Position numbers and translations under genes: made by a program. 64,000 nt of DNA from Barthelona sp. PCE (lineage: Eukaryota). The notes beneath the pieces are model-generated. The model searched no databases, was not told the origin of the DNA, and saw nothing but the letters and a program-made list of their open reading frames with translations. Shown here in pieces: positions 60,261-64,000 of this stretch. Positions within the stretch are counted from its first letter, which is position 1; each line of letters opens with the position of its first letter. The DNA lies in assembly GCA_040285745.1 (NCBI GenBank), contig JAUFOR010000004.1:310001-374000 (forward strand). The letters are read 5' to 3'.

Positions 60261-61928
60261 TTACTCCAATGCCGCTGTAAGGCCCTCCACGACCATTGCT
60301 GCTGTGAACAAAGGAGATTCATCAAAATAACGTAGAGGGATGTGAGAACCATATCCACCAAAAAGAATTTTTTTGTGGCTGAATACGAAATCATAAAGGT
60401 TAAATCGCTCCAAAACACACTTTATGTCCGCTGGATCGTGCTTTCGAATGCCAGAATACACAATGCACTCCCACAAGTTGCTAGAGCGGATCTTATCCAG
60501 CATTAGCACCTCGTAGCAGCTCTCAATGTACCCATTAGGGTCGAAAATAACCGATATGTCAACGGGTAATGCTAGGAACTCAGTAAAAAAGTGTATAATG
60601 AAGAAGGAAAAGAAAATTTCCTTCGAACTCATTGGAAAATTCAAACAGTGAAAGTTACGACGTCTTACGAACTCACAAACAAAATCCACGATCCCAGGCA
60701 CATTCTTTTTCACCTCTGCGTGCACCTCTTCACTGATGACTCTATCAGAATTGATAATACGCAAAATGCAATAGAGGCACATAACGTTATACGTGATATC
60801 AACGAAACTATGTGTGCCCACCCTCGTGAGGATGGCCCCGTTAAAGTCAAGCTGAAACACATTGAATTCTGGACGTAAACCCTCAGTTGTACTACAAAAT
60901 GAAACCATAATCTCGTCGAATGCTGTTGTGAAGCGTGATGTCCCTCCATTGCGAAGAATACTCTTGTTGAGAAGGTTTACATGATGAACAGTAAACTCAA
61001 CTGACGGGTTTAGCAGGACTAATACCAAGGAAGGAAGTAAGAGATCCTTGTCCATTTCGCAAAAACATGCAAAATCGCTGTACTGTGGAGATTTGGCTTC
61101 TGTCTCGTCATCTGAAGAGCTGGGTGTTTCGAACTCAAAGCCTTCAACGGGATCAATTTTTTTCACAAAAGTTTCTACTCTTGAGTGCATTTTAAAAACT
61201 TCAGACACAAGGTTACGCATATCGCTGAGCTCCTTCTCCTGTCCCTTCATGTCCCAACGTTCAACACTGACGTAAAGATGGAGCAAAATCATTGTATTAT
61301 AATGGGGCACACCTATTACTGAGCTTTTTTTTTTAACCTTGAACGATATTCCGTTGAAAGTCAGAAAAAGTGCTGAACAGTGCAAAAAAAGAAGGAGAAA
61401 CGCCTCTAGTCGGTTAATATAACAGGTTGAGTACTGCAAAAATCGAAAATATTGATCAACGTTTTCTGATGAAAATATGTCTGGAGACACAAAAGAAGAA
61501 CATTTAAGCACTTCTGGGTCGTTATGTGATACACCATCAAGAATGGAGTGTTGTAATGCACGGGCACGCTTAGAAAATAATTCTTTTTGTACCGTCAAGG
61601 ATGGAACAGAAAAATTAACAGCCTTTTCGTAGTCAACTGACGGTGACTGTGTCACAAAAACATCGTCTGTGCTCTGAGATACACCGATACTGTCGTAGTA
61701 TCGATCTACAAGTGCAAAAAGCTGTGTATGAGCCCAATTATCATCCATCCAGCAATGTTCAACCTCCAGAATGCATCTTTTCACCGAAAAATCATCATCT
61801 GGCCTTATGAATAACGAAAAATCTGCCTTTGTCAAAAAATTAACAGTAAATATCCCTTTAAAACGTTCAATAATGCCCACAGCCGGATGTTGCGCGACTT
61901 CGCTGACCAAATCCAACAAATTCGACAT
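60261..61928 (-). CDS. Hypothetical protein (~555 aa)
   Basis: Long ORF; no motif recognised. Confidence 0.65.
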   Translation of the reverse strand: MSNLLDLVSEVAQHPAVGIIERFKGIFTVNFLTKADFSLFIRPDDDFSVKRCILEVEHCWMDDNWAHTQLFALVDRYYDSIGVSQSTDDVFVTQSPSVDYEKAVNFSVPSLTVQKELFSKRARALQHSILDGVSHNDPEVLKCSSFVSPDIFSSENVDQYFRFLQYSTCYINRLEAFLLLFLHCSALFLTFNGISFKVKKKSSVIGVPHYNTMILLHLYVSVERWDMKGQEKELSDMRNLVSEVFKMHSRVETFVKKIDPVEGFEFETPSSSDDETEAKSPQYSDFACFCEMDKDLLLPSLVLVLLNPSVEFTVHHVNLLNKSILRNGGTSRFTTAFDEIMVSFCSTTEGLRPEFNVFQLDFNGAILTRVGTHSFVDITYNVMCLYCILRIINSDRVISEEVHAEVKKNVPGIVDFVCEFVRRRNFHCLNFPMSSKEIFFSFFIIHFFTEFLALPVDISVIFDPNGYIESCYEVLMLDKIRSSNLWECIVYSGIRKHDPADIKCVLERFNLYDFVFSHKKILFGGYGSHIPLRYFDESPLFTAAMVVEGLTAALE

Positions 61929-62005
61929 TTCGAAACCCAAATTCAGTGCAATTATCAAAAACACTTCTTCTTTCCGCTTTACGCATTAGGGTACAATTGT
62001 CTCAC

Positions 62006-62458
62006 ATGCCAAGTGTATACGTGCACCCGCCACTCACTAAGAACGAACTGGTTGATCGCCTTTTAAACACATGTGTTCATCTTATTACCTCAAATACATC
62101 CAATACTGGCCGTGTTTTGTTGTTGGCCCCTGCTCACCTCTCTTTTACAACTCCATATGATGGAATTCTACCTGATAATGAAAGAGAACTAACTGCTTTG
62201 GATCGTATTGATGTTTATTTTTACGCGAATACAATTTCTTTAACTCAAATTTGTGCTAATCTGAGCTTTTTTAGGATGGAAGAACACAAAAAAGAGATAA
62301 TTGCTGTTGTAGCATTCATACCTCTTCCAACACGAAGCTGTCTGGATATGTTGGCTCATACCATTGTTGAATGTTTGCAAAGGTCCTGCCATATGCTCAC
62401 AACGGCGACAGGAGCCGTCCCTGAACTTCCTTTCATAACAGTTAAATATTTAACTTGA
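62006..62458 (+). CDS. Small protein, weakly like RecA-fold SWSAP1/Shu-complex proteins
   Basis: GRVLLLAP...TALDRIDVYFYANTISLTQICANL resembles SWSAP1 (PVLFLT...RLQKIRFQYPPSTRELFRLL). No Walker A motif. Confidence 0.35.
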   Translation: MPSVYVHPPLTKNELVDRLLNTCVHLITSNTSNTGRVLLLAPAHLSFTTPYDGILPDNERELTALDRIDVYFYANTISLTQICANLSFFRMEEHKKEIIAVVAFIPLPTRSCLDMLAHTIVECLQRSCHMLTTATGAVPELPFITVKYLT

Positions 62459-63859
62459 TTACCTGCTGTTTTCCTCTACATTCATGTAGACATCCTTGAA
62501 TTTATGTTTTTCCTTCATGTTTCGCAACCAGCTCTTGCCGGAAAACCCAACAATGGCACGGAAATAAGGTACTAAGTCAAGGAAAACAGAAGCTATCAAG
62601 GTAAAAAGCACCGTCCAAATTGACATCACAAAGAGACTCACACCATTCGACCAATGCCCACTGCGCTGCAAATTGATGACTAAGACGAGTATAAACGGAT
62701 GGATGACGTACATTGGAAGAGATGCACGTGTGATAAATCTCTCCGTTTCTCCATGGGATCTCTGAGACAATCCCCAATAAAACATAGAGAATAGGAGTAA
62801 AGATATCAACTGCCCGAAGATGGCGTACCTCATTCGTTTATCCACGTCAAAAAATGATGCATATACACCATAAAGGAGTGTAAACGATTCATAATCCTCA
62901 TCCCATAAAGGAAAAACAATGGGGAGTAAGAAAAAAACACTCAATAGCAAAAATACCCGTACTTTATATGTAAATTTAGGCTTAATCCTCAAAATGATTG
63001 CAATTTTAACACCAAGACACAAAAGATCGCTAAAACCGAATAATAAATAAAGGATCTTCGGGAGAGCAGAGGGTGTGTCGATTGAGGTGTGGAAGAGTAT
63101 CCTTAGGAAAAGAGAACCACAAAACTGAAGAATTATCGAAAAAGAATCATGCTTTCGATTTTTGAACAAGACAAGGCCAAAAACAAGACAATATTGAAGA
63201 ATAATTGCCACTGATGCAAACACTGGCAGACCTAGCATAAACATTACACTCATAAAAATCGAGTATCCGACGAACTGAATGAAGAACGATCTTCTCAAAC
63301 TTCCTGTAACACGATCAAAAAGTACACGCCATACAAGGGCGACAAGTGGTACAAATATAAGCGTCATGATGTAGAGGATACCAAGAAACCAGAGCCAGTA
63401 GAGGGACTTACACTCTTTTGTGTACCACCATGAAAATGTGAACAAATTTTCTGGTCCATGCTCACCACCACACTCAACACGATCTCTCAATAGAAAACGT
63501 GTTGGAATAACAAAGGCGACGTAACCCCCCAAGAGAGGAACCAATAACCGTAAGAAGCGCTTGAAAAAATACGCCTTGAGGTTTACCAAACGTTTTGTAT
63601 TCATGCTCCACACTAGAGAGCAACCTGCCAAAACAAAGAAAGTGTTCATGCCTGCAGCGTGGCCGTACAGCATTACATTGTTTATGACCTTAAAACAGCC
63701 GCGACAAACCTTAAAATCATCCATTTGTAGGTCAAAGCATCTAAAAACATGCCCTATGATGACCATGAGACATAAAACAAAACGAAGAACGTCAATCCCT
63801 GGATTTCTCATCCAAATTACAACAATACAGAAATAGTGTGGGAATAAATGTGTTAGCAT
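62459..63859 (-). CDS. Acyltransferase-3 family multi-TM protein, OpgC/MdoC-like (start may be 63811)
   Basis: RNPGIDVLR...GH, MNTFFVLAG, KRFLRLLVP, LWFLGILY and ASLPMYVIHP motifs; about 10 TMs. Confidence 0.85.
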   Translation of the reverse strand: MLTHLFPHYFCIVVIWMRNPGIDVLRFVLCLMVIIGHVFRCFDLQMDDFKVCRGCFKVINNVMLYGHAAGMNTFFVLAGCSLVWSMNTKRLVNLKAYFFKRFLRLLVPLLGGYVAFVIPTRFLLRDRVECGGEHGPENLFTFSWWYTKECKSLYWLWFLGILYIMTLIFVPLVALVWRVLFDRVTGSLRRSFFIQFVGYSIFMSVMFMLGLPVFASVAIILQYCLVFGLVLFKNRKHDSFSIILQFCGSLFLRILFHTSIDTPSALPKILYLLFGFSDLLCLGVKIAIILRIKPKFTYKVRVFLLLSVFFLLPIVFPLWDEDYESFTLLYGVYASFFDVDKRMRYAIFGQLISLLLFSMFYWGLSQRSHGETERFITRASLPMYVIHPFILVLVINLQRSGHWSNGVSLFVMSIWTVLFTLIASVFLDLVPYFRAIVGFSGKSWLRNMKEKHKFKDVYMNVEENSR

Positions 63860-64000
63860 GTTTCCATCCTTTTTGCACCTGACATAACATCTTTGTCAGT
63901 TTTTGCTTGCTTGTCCAACAATTTATTATCTTGAATAGTTTACTATTTGGTCATACTTTTTTTTTCAACATTCCAACAACATTCACATTCTATGACCAGC

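Noticed and set aside
1-64000. Alternative genetic code, prokaryotic operons, CRISPR arrays, transposons, tRNA or rRNA genes
   Set aside because: Conserved genes end correctly at TAA, TAG and TGA. I saw no repeat-spacer array, transposase/RT ORF, cloverleaf or rRNA sequence.

Overview
This is a very gene-dense, AT-rich eukaryotic (protist) nuclear window in the standard genetic code, with about 38 protein genes and intergenic gaps often under 100 nt. It encodes a flagellated cell (DNAI2, DLEC1, MORN3, SHIPPO-repeat, CEP57, Sfi1-like) plus cell-cycle and meiosis genes (CDK1-like, E2F/DP-like, condensin II CAP-G2, MSH5), trafficking genes (VPS41, VPS20, ATG101, GAA1) and two prokaryote-type genes (nitroreductase, OpgC/MdoC-like acyltransferase). 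Reading beyond the ORF track gave seven short spliceosomal introns. All have a branch point fused to the 3' splice site (branch A at -8), and each has an internal stem that collapses it to about 38-47 nt. I also found a box C/D snoRNA whose D' guide matches the conserved LSU site equivalent to yeast Am807, an adjacent unexplained four-hairpin RNA-like segment, a candidate H/ACA RNA, a recurrent CCCWTTCA element upstream of start codons, and a WGTAAA motif at or near stop codons. This architecture resembles metamonads (Giardia/Trichomonas-type introns), but that taxon assignment is inference. All protein calls come from recognising motifs by eye, and no database searches were run.
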